Source: an uncultured Acidobacteriota bacterium
GTDB lineage: Bacteria; Acidobacteriota; Vicinamibacteria; Vicinamibacterales; SCN-69-37
Assembly: GCA_963780895.1 (NCBI GenBank)
Contig: CAWAEG010000007.1
Coordinates: forward strand, 128,289 to 192,288
DNA: 64,000 nt
Direction of reading: 5' to 3'
Of this stretch, positions 34,822 to 43,141 are shown one piece after another. Below the pieces are notes generated by a model that was not told the DNA's origin, did not search any database, and saw only the letters and a program-made list of their open reading frames with translations. The position numbers were made by a program, and so were the translations under genes. Each line of letters opens with the position of its first letter. Position 1 is the stretch's first letter.

Positions 34822-36169
34822 AGTATCGGATCACAACGGAAAACGTTACGTACTTGGTCTGGGCGGCCAGGTCGGCCGCGCCGTTGATTTCCAGCCAGCG
34901 GGCCGGCGCCAGTCCGGCCCCGAAGGTGTAGTGGGCCTGCGAGGAGCCGCCGGGCAGGGTGGCCATGAACAGCCGATCGACGTCGTCGAGCGCCGGTGAA
35001 GGGTCGTAACGGACGGTGTGATCGGGGTCGTGCCAGAACCCGCCGCGAAGGGCGAGCGGGATGGGCGCGTTCGGAAACAGGTACTCGGCGCCGACGTGGA
35101 ACTCGTTGCCGTCGTCCAGCAGGAGCCGCTCGGGCCGCTGGCTGATGAGCGACTGGAAGAAGATGAAGTCTTCCTTGAGCTGGCCGTACTGCACGCGGTC
35201 GTAGTCCATCACCAGGCGGAGCGCGTCGGTCGCGCGCCACTCCACGCCCAATCCGAACACGTCCGGAACCTTGAATTTGCCGACTCTAAGCAGGTCGAGG
35301 CCGATCGAGGGCGCGAGATCCTCCTGCGTGAACGTGAACGCCGGTCCGCGACGGTAGGTTGCGCCGACTTTGACGCGCGGCACGACATCGAAGAGGACGC
35401 CGGCGTTGACGCCGGCCGTCCAGTCGTCTGCTCGCTGAGTGGCGGTGGCGGTGGTCAGATTCAAATTCGGCACGCCCGCGAAGTTGCCCTCAACCCCGAA
35501 CCGTGCGAAATCAGCCTCCAGGTCGAACCGGTACAAGGCAAGCCCACCGCCAACCGACAATCGCTCAGACACTTTGTAGCCGACCGAGCCACCGTAGTTA
35601 CGGATCCGCACGGCCCTCGTGCCGCCGACGGGGGTGGTCCGCGTGCGATCGTCGACGACGCCCAGCTCGACGGCGCGCTCAAAGACGCCTTGACTGAAGT
35701 ACGTGTTCTCGATCGTCGCGACCTCATGGCGATAGCCGATCACGCTCGCCTTGGCGCCGATTGGCCAGAGAAACGAGACAAACGCGGGGCCGAACTGATC
35801 GTCGATGTCTTCCCGGTACACAGGGGTCGGGATGGTGTCGAGCCCGATATTGGTCACGGTGCCGGTGATTCGGCCGCCGAACAGAAACGGCGTTTCCAGC
35901 CGCTTGAATCGCAGTTCCGCCGAGATCTCCCGGCGTCCGAGCCGCGCCAGACCCGCCGGATTCGTGAACGCGGCGGTCGCATCGTCGGCGGCCGCGATGA
36001 ACGCGCTGCCCATGCCCACGCTGCGAGCGCCGGGTGGCAGGAAGTCGAACTGCAGCGGCAACTGCACCGTGTTCTGGGCAAAGGCCGGCTGCGCGGCCGT
36101 GATCGCGACAGTCGTCGCGACTGCCGCTGCCAGGCGTCCGTACCCAGCCCGCCGGGCCATCAACCGCAT
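34820..36169 (-). CDS. outer-membrane transport protein, FadL/OmpP1/TodX-like
   Basis: Start at ATG 36169 (MRLMARRAGYG...AFAQ signal). GARSVGMGSAFIAAADDATAAFTNPAGLARL is the family's N-terminal hatch motif. Beta-barrel-type alternation, ending ...TFSVVIRY. Confidence 0.7.
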   Translation of the reverse strand: MRLMARRAGYGRLAAAVATTVAITAAQPAFAQNTVQLPLQFDFLPPGARSVGMGSAFIAAADDATAAFTNPAGLARLGRREISAELRFKRLETPFLFGGRITGTVTNIGLDTIPTPVYREDIDDQFGPAFVSFLWPIGAKASVIGYRHEVATIENTYFSQGVFERAVELGVVDDRTRTTPVGGTRAVRIRNYGGSVGYKVSERLSVGGGLALYRFDLEADFARFGVEGNFAGVPNLNLTTATATQRADDWTAGVNAGVLFDVVPRVKVGATYRRGPAFTFTQEDLAPSIGLDLLRVGKFKVPDVFGLGVEWRATDALRLVMDYDRVQYGQLKEDFIFFQSLISQRPERLLLDDGNEFHVGAEYLFPNAPIPLALRGGFWHDPDHTVRYDPSPALDDVDRLFMATLPGGSSQAHYTFGAGLAPARWLEINGAADLAAQTKYVTFSVVIRY

Positions 36170-37209
36170 GGCCCGTTTCGAATGAATGTCACTCGGATAG
36201 TCACTTCGGCATTCCCGTTTGGAGTGACGACCTCCAGCGTGACGTCTCGGTCCGTGACCGTCCCGACGTTGCCGGATCCAAAACTGCCGCACCCGAGTCC
36301 GAGGCCAGACAGCGTCGGACTTGTGCGTGACACCGTGAGGACGTTATTCGACTGTGGAAATCTCCAGATGTAGTTGGTGATCCCGCCCTGTGGCGTCGAC
36401 GCGCCCGCGTCAAACGTACATTTCATGAGGTTCGTTGAGCCTCCCCCGGGCGCGGGAATCGACTGCACTTCGCATTGTTGACCCGTCGCGATCGTGTTGG
36501 GGTCAGGGATCACTCGGAACGTGGCGACGATCGGCACGGCGTTGATCGCGAGATTGGCAGTACGCGTCGTAGCCCCGAGTGTTCCTGTAATGGTGACGTT
36601 CGCCGCCGCGGCGGTCGTGACGGTCACCGTGAATGCCGCCGTCGTATTGCCCTGGGTGACGGTGACGCTCGTCGGCACCGTCGCGGCGCCGCTATTGCTC
36701 GACAAGCCGACCGTGGTCCCGCCCGATGGCGCTGGCCCCGAAATCGTCACGGTGCCCTGGACGGTACCGATGCCGCTCACCGCCATCTGCGCCAGCGTGA
36801 CCGACACCAAATCGATGGGCGCGGCGGTGACGTTGAGGTTCGCCGTCTGCGCTCCGCCAAAGTTCCCGGTAATCGTCGCCGTGCCGGCCGAGACTCCCGT
36901 CACCGCGAAGTTGGCCGATTGAGATCCTTCTGGAATCGACACCGTGCCGGGTACGGTCGCAACGCTGGTATTACTGCTCGACAGCGTCACACCCGCGCCG
37001 CCGGTTCTGGCCGCGGCCGAGAGTGTTGCGGTTCCCTGAATCGTCTGCCCGGCGACGACCGAACCGCCTGACGCGAGCGTGATCGACTGCAGCACCGGTG
37101 TCGGCGCGTTGTTGCCGCCGTTGCCGTTACCGCCGCAGGCGGACAGCCCGCCGAAGGTCACGAACGCAGTGACGAACCCCACGATGCGGGAACGTTGGAT
37201 GTGAGACAT
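36160..37209 (-). CDS. lipoprotein with three Ig-like (Big-type) repeats and a Cys-containing C-terminal domain
   Basis: Start at ATG 37209. Lipobox GGLSAC. Three ~70-aa repeats of the form V..G.T.QGT.T.S......G..V.LSS.N..VATVP..V....G...A.F.V.......TITG......TANL.V.A. Confidence 0.7.
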   Translation of the reverse strand: MSHIQRSRIVGFVTAFVTFGGLSACGGNGNGGNNAPTPVLQSITLASGGSVVAGQTIQGTATLSAAARTGGAGVTLSSSNTSVATVPGTVSIPEGSQSANFAVTGVSAGTATITGNFGGAQTANLNVTAAPIDLVSVTLAQMAVSGIGTVQGTVTISGPAPSGGTTVGLSSNSGAATVPTSVTVTQGNTTAAFTVTVTTAAAANVTITGTLGATTRTANLAINAVPIVATFRVIPDPNTIATGQQCEVQSIPAPGGGSTNLMKCTFDAGASTPQGGITNYIWRFPQSNNVLTVSRTSPTLSGLGLGCGSFGSGNVGTVTDRDVTLEVVTPNGNAEVTIRVTFIRNGPCG

Positions 37210-37341
37210 GTCAACCTTCCTGGCCGAAACCTTCACGAGAAACGCCCGCTGGGGAGTTGCAGGGCGCGAAAACAGGCGTGGGGAGCTGGAATCTTAGCAG
37301 ACTCCCCGTTTGGTGAGGATGAAGCAGACTGGCCGCCCTCG

Positions 37342-38742
37342 TTACGACCCGGGCGTGAACAGCCGCTGCAGGGCGGAGAAATCGTAGCTGAGCCCGATCT
37401 GTCCGCGGACGAACCGCTCCTTCGTCAACGAATTCGGATCATTTGTGTAGATGATGGAAACCGGGATCCGTCCCCCGCCTTTCACGGGCACTTCGACGCT
37501 GGTGAAGATCTTCCAGGTGTCTTCGGCCGGCACCGGCAGAGAGGCCGTATCGGTGAACATCGCCAGACTCCCGCCGACACTCCAGTCGAGCGTCCGGCCA
37601 GCCACGATGGCGTTCGGCACCAGGTGCAACGTCACGCCGCCGGACACCGTCCAGATCTTCGTCTGGAACAACTGGTCGACGCCGAGCCGGATGTCGTCGG
37701 TCAACGCGTACTGCGCGTTCAGCGTGAGGTCCGACGGGCCGAGGCCGATGTCGAAGAGCGCGGCGAACGCGTATTTGTTCCGGCCGGCTTCCTGTGTCAG
37801 GTGCGTGCCCGCTACCTTCACGCTCAATTGCGGCGCTTTGGCGAGGCGCGACTTGATCGCGGCGAGACCTTCGCCGACCTGCTTCGCCAAGAGACTCTGC
37901 ACGATGGCGGCGTCTTCGAGCGCCTGCTGCGGCGGCTCGCCGGCGCGTGGCGCCGTTCCGACAAGAGAGAGCAGCACCGCGGCCTTTTGCGTCAGCAGGC
38001 CGCCGGCCCGGACGGTCGTCGGCGACCATCGTGCGCTCCGGGGATCCTTGTCGCCCCACACCCGGACCTTGACGTCCCATCCGAACGTGTCGAGCAGCCG
38101 GTCGAAGTCGGGGAAGCCGCTGAACCCCGTGATTTCGCTTTCCGGGATTTCCGCGCCGAAGACGACGGTGCCGCTGAACCGGCGCGCGAGCGAGTGCCGC
38201 TGGTAATCGGCGATCGACGAATAGAGATCGGAGTCCTTCAGTGTGACCAGCGCGAGCGCGTTCACGTTGAGGCTGATGGCCGTCTTGTCGGCGCTCGCCA
38301 CACTCGCCAGATCGGCGGCCAGCGCCAGGAGCGACGTCGAACCGCTGCGCTCCGGGAGACCGGACGTCATGGGATTCGTGCTCGTGGCGTTCACCGACGT
38401 CGGGACTCGAGACTCGACCTGTTCGTCGATGAGTGCCTGCACGTATGCCGGCGTGAACAGCGCCAGCAGCTCCGCATCGTCGCGCAGCCGCTCGAGGACT
38501 TTCGTGTAGACCGCGACTTTGGCGTCCCGCGCGCCGGTCAGACGGCGGTCGGCGACGGTGAGGCCCGCATCACGCGCCGCCTCCGCGAGGAATCTCGTCC
38601 ATAACTCCGCGAGCCGTGCGTCCACGGCCGCATCGATTTCCGAGCGGGACGCGCGCTGCGCGTTGGCTGGCGTCGCGGACGCCAGAACGGCAAGCGCCAC
38701 GGCAAGGCCGGCGACGGCACGGCGACAGGTCACGGCGGTCAC
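37342..38742 (-). CDS. secreted hypothetical protein (~467 aa)
   Basis: GTG start at 38742 (VTAVTCRRAVAGLAVALAVLASATPANAQ signal peptide), directly after the TGA of the upstream gene at 38745-38747. The C-terminal half alternates like a beta-barrel. No recognised family. Confidence 0.6.
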   Translation of the reverse strand: MTAVTCRRAVAGLAVALAVLASATPANAQRASRSEIDAAVDARLAELWTRFLAEAARDAGLTVADRRLTGARDAKVAVYTKVLERLRDDAELLALFTPAYVQALIDEQVESRVPTSVNATSTNPMTSGLPERSGSTSLLALAADLASVASADKTAISLNVNALALVTLKDSDLYSSIADYQRHSLARRFSGTVVFGAEIPESEITGFSGFPDFDRLLDTFGWDVKVRVWGDKDPRSARWSPTTVRAGGLLTQKAAVLLSLVGTAPRAGEPPQQALEDAAIVQSLLAKQVGEGLAAIKSRLAKAPQLSVKVAGTHLTQEAGRNKYAFAALFDIGLGPSDLTLNAQYALTDDIRLGVDQLFQTKIWTVSGGVTLHLVPNAIVAGRTLDWSVGGSLAMFTDTASLPVPAEDTWKIFTSVEVPVKGGGRIPVSIIYTNDPNSLTKERFVRGQIGLSYDFSALQRLFTPGS

Positions 38743-38744
38743 GC

Positions 38745-39137
38745 TCAGGCCCGGACGAGAGCGAATCCGACGCTGTGATCGGGATCCTTTTTCGCTTCGG
38801 ATCGCTTTTCGAGGATGTGGACCGGCCCGCCGTCGATCGAGTAGGCGACGCTGTGGCTCCACTCCTTGACGGCATGCGCAAACGCCCAGGCGAGGATGAA
38901 GTCGCCGGGCTTCACGGCGACGGGCTCCAATCGGTCGACGAGCGACTTGATCACTGTCCGGCCGTCGTAGGCGATCGTGTAGGGCACGACCATCGGGCCG
39001 ACGTCCACGATGACGTCGAGGGTTGCGCCGGCCGGCACGACGATGATCGGTACGGCCGCAGCCTGCGCGGCTTCCGCGGCGGGCACCGTCGCAACTTGCC
39101 GCGTGACTCGCTTTCGGGTGCGCGTTCTCCTGGCCAT
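38745..39137 (-). CDS. hypothetical protein with basic N-terminus (130 aa)
   Basis: ATG at 39137 with GGAGG upstream (MARRTRTRKRVTRQ...). First gene of the minus-strand run 39137->34820. Confidence 0.55.
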   Translation of the reverse strand: MARRTRTRKRVTRQVATVPAAEAAQAAAVPIIVVPAGATLDVIVDVGPMVVPYTIAYDGRTVIKSLVDRLEPVAVKPGDFILAWAFAHAVKEWSHSVAYSIDGGPVHILEKRSEAKKDPDHSVGFALVRA

Positions 39138-39235
39138 GCGTGCCTCCGCCGCGCGCGGGAAACCGGCCTGGAACTGTCTCTGGGGAGGCAGGAAAATGTA
39201 GCACACTACAGGCCGCGCCGCGGCTTGGAGGTTCC

Positions 39236-39766
39236 ATGAGTCTGAATGCTCTCAGCAGTCAGGAGATGGTCCGGCGGGGCCTCGCGCCGTGGGCGCGCCG
39301 GCCGCGATCGGGCAACCTCGAAAGCGCCGGCGACTGGGAGCCGCGCCCGATCGCCGACGACAACCGCGTGACGAATGCGCTGAACGCGCTCGTCGGATAC
39401 ATCCCGACCGAGGTCATCACGCTCTACGTCGCCGCGCTCTCAGCCGAAGCGGCGTTCCATGCCACGTTCCCGGTTATCGACGCGGCGGCGATTCTCTGGT
39501 TCTTCGTGGTCCTCACGCCGCTGCTCCTGCTTCTGATTTATCTGAGCAAGGTCGCCGCGACCGGCGACAAGCTCCCGGGGCCGCGGCTCTGGCCGTGGTG
39601 GAAGATGGTCGCGGCGACGATCGCGTTTTTCGTCTGGGCGCTGGCGGTGCCAGGCAATCCGTACTTGAAAGACGCGGCGGCGGCCGCGGCCGGCTTCGGC
39701 GCGATGTTCACCTCGACGCTGCTCAGCGTGATGACGCCGATCTTCGAGCGGCCGGCGCCTGGGTGA
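39236..39766 (+). CDS. integral membrane protein (3-4 TM), unknown family
   Basis: ATG at 39236 with GGAG upstream. Hydrophobic segments ILWFFVVLTPLLLLLIYL, MVAATIAFFVWALAV and GFGAMFTSTLLSVM. Confidence 0.6.
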   Translation: MSLNALSSQEMVRRGLAPWARRPRSGNLESAGDWEPRPIADDNRVTNALNALVGYIPTEVITLYVAALSAEAAFHATFPVIDAAAILWFFVVLTPLLLLLIYLSKVAATGDKLPGPRLWPWWKMVAATIAFFVWALAVPGNPYLKDAAAAAAGFGAMFTSTLLSVMTPIFERPAPG

Positions 39767-39828
39767 AATGACCTCGGAGGTCATTTCCGCGGAAAACCGC
39801 GGCAGGAAATGACCTCCGAGGTCATTTC
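39765..39828. terminator. triple-hairpin bidirectional terminator between convergent genes
   Basis: gaaatgacctcggaggtcatttc (39765-39787), ccgcggaaaaccgcgg (about 39787-39802) and gaaatgacctccgaggtcatttc (39806-39828). The outer palindromes contain the TGA of the + gene (39764-39766) and of the - gene (39822-39824). Confidence 0.7.
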
Positions 39829-41114
39829 AACCCCCTCCACATCGTCCACGGCCCGCGAAACACCAGCGCTTCGGCGGGCGGCAGACCGGCACGCTTCGGC
39901 ATCAGGTTCAGCGCCTGGAAGCCGTCGAGCAGGAGCGGCGGCGAAGCCGGCATGGAGGGTTTGAGTCCTGCCAGCTTCGCGAGCGCCTCCGCGTCGGGCA
40001 ATTGCTTGAAGTAGCCTCGCAGGTTGCCGACCACCGTCCGCAGATCCTGCACCTCGCCCCGCCGCGCCAGCTCGTAGGCGGAGAGCAACGCGACGATCGG
40101 CTCGAACCATTTGAAGTAAAGCAGGAACTGGAGCTCGTTGGCGGTGAGCAGCGTCTTCAAGTCTTCGGCGCGCGCAAAGGCCCGCTGGACTTCGACGCAC
40201 CGGCGGACGAGCCGCAGCGGTCCGCTCACTTCCTTCAGGCCCTCGGTGCTCTGATCGAGCCACAGCCCGCTGCCCTCGGGAAGGGTATTGAGGAACCTCC
40301 GCAGCGGCAGGATGAACTGCTGGATCTGCAGCGGACCTTTGGCCTCTTGCGCGAGCGTCACCAGCGTCCCGCGGCCGTGGAGCAGGCACACGCCGAACGT
40401 GACCGGCGCGTTGCCGTCTACCTGCACTGTCAGGTACCGGTAACCCACCGGGCCGCCCGGAGCGGAGATCTCGAAGAGGCCAGGAAACGCCGAGTGCGGC
40501 GTGACGGGTTGGAGCGGCGTCCGCCAGTCCTTGCTCAATGCGGCGCGTAGCCGGACGTTCGGTTGCTCGAAGCCAGCCAGCGCATAGAAGGCGGTCTCGA
40601 TCTTCGGGCCGTCGAAGCTCGCGAGGGGCAAGGAACCCAGCTTCGAAAAATCACCGGGCCCGCCGGTGATTCGCGCCGCCCCGATCAAGGCGAGCCACAG
40701 GTCGAGGCCCTGATCCGGCGTCGGGCCGAGCGACTCGGAAAAATCGACGGCGCCACTCCCATGCGACCCGTGAATTCCACCGAGCAGCGCGTGGCGCAGC
40801 GGGCTGTCTGGCATCTGCGTGAGATCCATCACCCGCGGACCGGCCTCGAGCGTGACTTCACGGCGATCGATGACGACGCCCCGGTCGTTGTGGGTCTCCA
40901 TCCGGTAGGTGCCGGGCGCGAGCTCGACGGTGCTGGATGCGGTCAGGTGCTCGGTCCTGTCCTTGCCGCCTCGGACGACGACCTGCGCGCCGGCGGGCAC
41001 GACGATGTCGACGACCGCGGTCGGCAGCGGGGCAGCCGCTCCGCCGCCTCCACGTGTGGGGCCGCGACCGGTCCCGGTTCCACCCGTTTCAGCGGCGCGA
41101 CCGAGAGACTGCAC
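39822..41114 (-). CDS. hypothetical protein: beta-rich segment plus ~300-aa helical module (may be the frame-shifted continuation of the caspase-like gene)
   Basis: The track ORF has a GTG start at 41114 and overlaps the upstream gene by 172 nt. An alternative ATG is at 40901. VDIVVPAGAQVVVRGGKD...VELAPGTYRMETHN resembles the beta segment at the end of the caspase-like protein. No recognised family. Confidence 0.55.
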   Translation of the reverse strand: MQSLGRAAETGGTGTGRGPTRGGGGAAAPLPTAVVDIVVPAGAQVVVRGGKDRTEHLTASSTVELAPGTYRMETHNDRGVVIDRREVTLEAGPRVMDLTQMPDSPLRHALLGGIHGSHGSGAVDFSESLGPTPDQGLDLWLALIGAARITGGPGDFSKLGSLPLASFDGPKIETAFYALAGFEQPNVRLRAALSKDWRTPLQPVTPHSAFPGLFEISAPGGPVGYRYLTVQVDGNAPVTFGVCLLHGRGTLVTLAQEAKGPLQIQQFILPLRRFLNTLPEGSGLWLDQSTEGLKEVSGPLRLVRRCVEVQRAFARAEDLKTLLTANELQFLLYFKWFEPIVALLSAYELARRGEVQDLRTVVGNLRGYFKQLPDAEALAKLAGLKPSMPASPPLLLDGFQALNLMPKRAGLPPAEALVFRGPWTMWRGLK

Positions 41115-42154
41115 CTCGAACTGGAGGGCGCAGTCGTCGTAGAGATCTGCCGGAACGGGTCCGTCCGGGCCGGACGATTGTCCGCGCCGGCCTTCTTGGG
41201 CTGCACCTGGACGAAGTAGTCGTCGGGCGGCGCCTGGAACGTGCGTGTCGGACCGGTGAACGTGAAACGGTCAACGACCTGACCCAGGTCGTTCTTCACC
41301 TGCACCTGGAATGCGTCCGTTGCACCCGCGTTCTCGACGTTGACCGAGCAGGTGTACTTGAGCGACGGATCCAGCTTTCGGATGACGCCATCGCCGCCTT
41401 CGCTCCGCGGGTCGACCTCCGTGTCGAGCCGCCGCTCGATGTAGCCCCGAAGAGAGTCGAACAGCACGGTAAACGTCCCTTCGAAGAAACGCTTGGCTTT
41501 GCCCTTGCCGTTCAGCCCGTCGATCAGCGCCTCGGGAAAGCCGCCGGCGACGTTCGCGACAGCCCCGACGGTCGTCGAGCACAGCGTGTAGACCGGCGCC
41601 TTTTTCCGGACGGATGGATCGAAGACGAGACCGAGCGGCGCGACCTTGATGTCTTTTTCGGTGATCTTGTTCCGGCACGCGTCGATGAAGTAGAAGTGCC
41701 CGCACCGCGTCGAGCCCGGCGCCGTGACAGATCCGAGACACATCTTCAGCCATTTCTGGATCTCGTCGAGCTTGAGGCAGGCGTCGCCCGATTCGTCCCG
41801 CTTGACGAAATCAGCGGCGATCAGCACGTCGGCCGTCGGCACGTCGTCCACGTCCACGTACGAAAATCCGTGGCCGCTGAAGTAGAAGAACAGATCATCG
41901 GTCGTGTCTTTCGCGATGTCCTTGAAGCGCTTCAGCTCCTGCTTGATGGCCGGCCGCGTCGCGTCGCTCGTCCGTCCCGTCAGCGCCGGATCTTCCGCGC
42001 AGAAGAAGATGTCCGCGGCCGCCAGCTTCTGAGTGCCGATCAGCCAGTCCCGAAACGCCAGCGCGTATTTGTGGGTGCCGGGAAGCGTGCTGTTGAGCCC
42101 CTCCTGCATGTGGGCGTAGTGTTCGATCGCGATGATGAACGCGCGTTTGGCCAT
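40943..42154 (-). CDS. caspase-like (peptidase C14 fold) protease
   Basis: RAFIIAIEHY..., the His in LFFYFSGHGF and the Cys in HFYFIDACRNK (compare QACRG). The last ~65 aa (RQISTTTAPSSSRCS...SSTSSCPPARRSSS) look like out-of-frame translation. Confidence 0.7.
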   Translation of the reverse strand: MAKRAFIIAIEHYAHMQEGLNSTLPGTHKYALAFRDWLIGTQKLAAADIFFCAEDPALTGRTSDATRPAIKQELKRFKDIAKDTTDDLFFYFSGHGFSYVDVDDVPTADVLIAADFVKRDESGDACLKLDEIQKWLKMCLGSVTAPGSTRCGHFYFIDACRNKITEKDIKVAPLGLVFDPSVRKKAPVYTLCSTTVGAVANVAGGFPEALIDGLNGKGKAKRFFEGTFTVLFDSLRGYIERRLDTEVDPRSEGGDGVIRKLDPSLKYTCSVNVENAGATDAFQVQVKNDLGQVVDRFTFTGPTRTFQAPPDDYFVQVQPKKAGADNRPARTDPFRQISTTTAPSSSRCSLSVAPLKRVEPGPVAAPHVEAAERLPRCRPRSSTSSCPPARRSSSEAARTGPST

Positions 42155-42174
42155 GAGGTGTCTTGGGCGGGCGG

Positions 42175-43134
42175 CTACGGCGTACGGGTCGCGTCCGCGA
42201 CGAACTCGGCGGCCGCCGCAGCCGACACCGCGCCGTTCCGGTACATGAACTCACCGGTGAAGTGGAGGCCCACGACCGCGCCCGTCTCGAGCGCCATGAC
42301 GGGCGAGCCCGAGTTGCCGCCGAGCGTCGAGCAGTCGTGAAAAACCAGATCGCCGCGCGCGGCGATGAGCTCGCCGACCGCACCGCGCTTGACGCCGTAG
42401 CGGTCCTGGTAAATCGCGTCGACGAAGAGGGGATTGCGGTCGTCTTTGTACGGGTACCCGAGCGTCCCGACCATCAGGTGGGCCGGCAGCGCGCCCGCGT
42501 CGAATTGCAGTACCGGACGCGTGTCGGGTACCTGCACCTGCAGGAGCGCCATGTCCAGCGCCGGGTGAATCGCCACGACCTTCAGGATCGGACACGCCGG
42601 CACGGGTTCGGGTCCGTCGTATTCCTGATAGAAGCGAATCACCGCCATTCCCGAATCGAGCTCATCCGCCCCGTGCGAGAGCACAGAGACCACATGGTGG
42701 TTCGTCAGCACGAGATCGGGAGCGACCAGGAACCCTGTGCCGACGTGCGGATTGGACCCGGCGGTGCGATCGAGACGGCCGACCGAATACAGAATCGGCG
42801 CGCTGTTCGTGCAGAACCGATCCCAGGCGGCCGAGACCTGCGGCTGGTAGACGCTGCTGCCACGCTCGGCCGGCAGGGGCTGCAGGCGGCCGCGGATCGA
42901 GAGCGGAGCCGGGCGCATCATCCGGATGACGAACTCGAGCGCGGCAAGCTCGGTCGCCGTCGGCCGCTCACGTCCCGATCGCAGCTTGTCCAGCGCGGCC
43001 TGCGCCGCCTGTTCGCTGTCAGGCACCTTCGGCAGGCCGACAATGGCCCGGACTTTCGCGACCGCCTCGTCAACGCGGAGTTGACCGAACGTCCGCTGGG
43101 CCCGGCCGTAGAGATTCTGGTCGTCGGTCGCCAT
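42175..43134 (-). CDS. trypsin-like (chymotrypsin-fold) serine protease with N-terminal extension
   Basis: Start at ATG 43134. Triad context GTGFLVAPDLVLTNHHV, DMALLQV and STLGGNSGSPV. The ~120-aa N-terminal region is unassigned. Confidence 0.8.
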   Translation of the reverse strand: MATDDQNLYGRAQRTFGQLRVDEAVAKVRAIVGLPKVPDSEQAAQAALDKLRSGRERPTATELAALEFVIRMMRPAPLSIRGRLQPLPAERGSSVYQPQVSAAWDRFCTNSAPILYSVGRLDRTAGSNPHVGTGFLVAPDLVLTNHHVVSVLSHGADELDSGMAVIRFYQEYDGPEPVPACPILKVVAIHPALDMALLQVQVPDTRPVLQFDAGALPAHLMVGTLGYPYKDDRNPLFVDAIYQDRYGVKRGAVGELIAARGDLVFHDCSTLGGNSGSPVMALETGAVVGLHFTGEFMYRNGAVSAAAAAEFVADATRTP

Positions 43135-43141
43135 CGCGCGT

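Noticed and set aside
35018-38604. Long + strand ORFs 35018..36373 and 37195..38604
   Set aside because: They are antisense to the FadL-like, lipoprotein and secreted-protein genes. Composition is R/D/E/G-rich.
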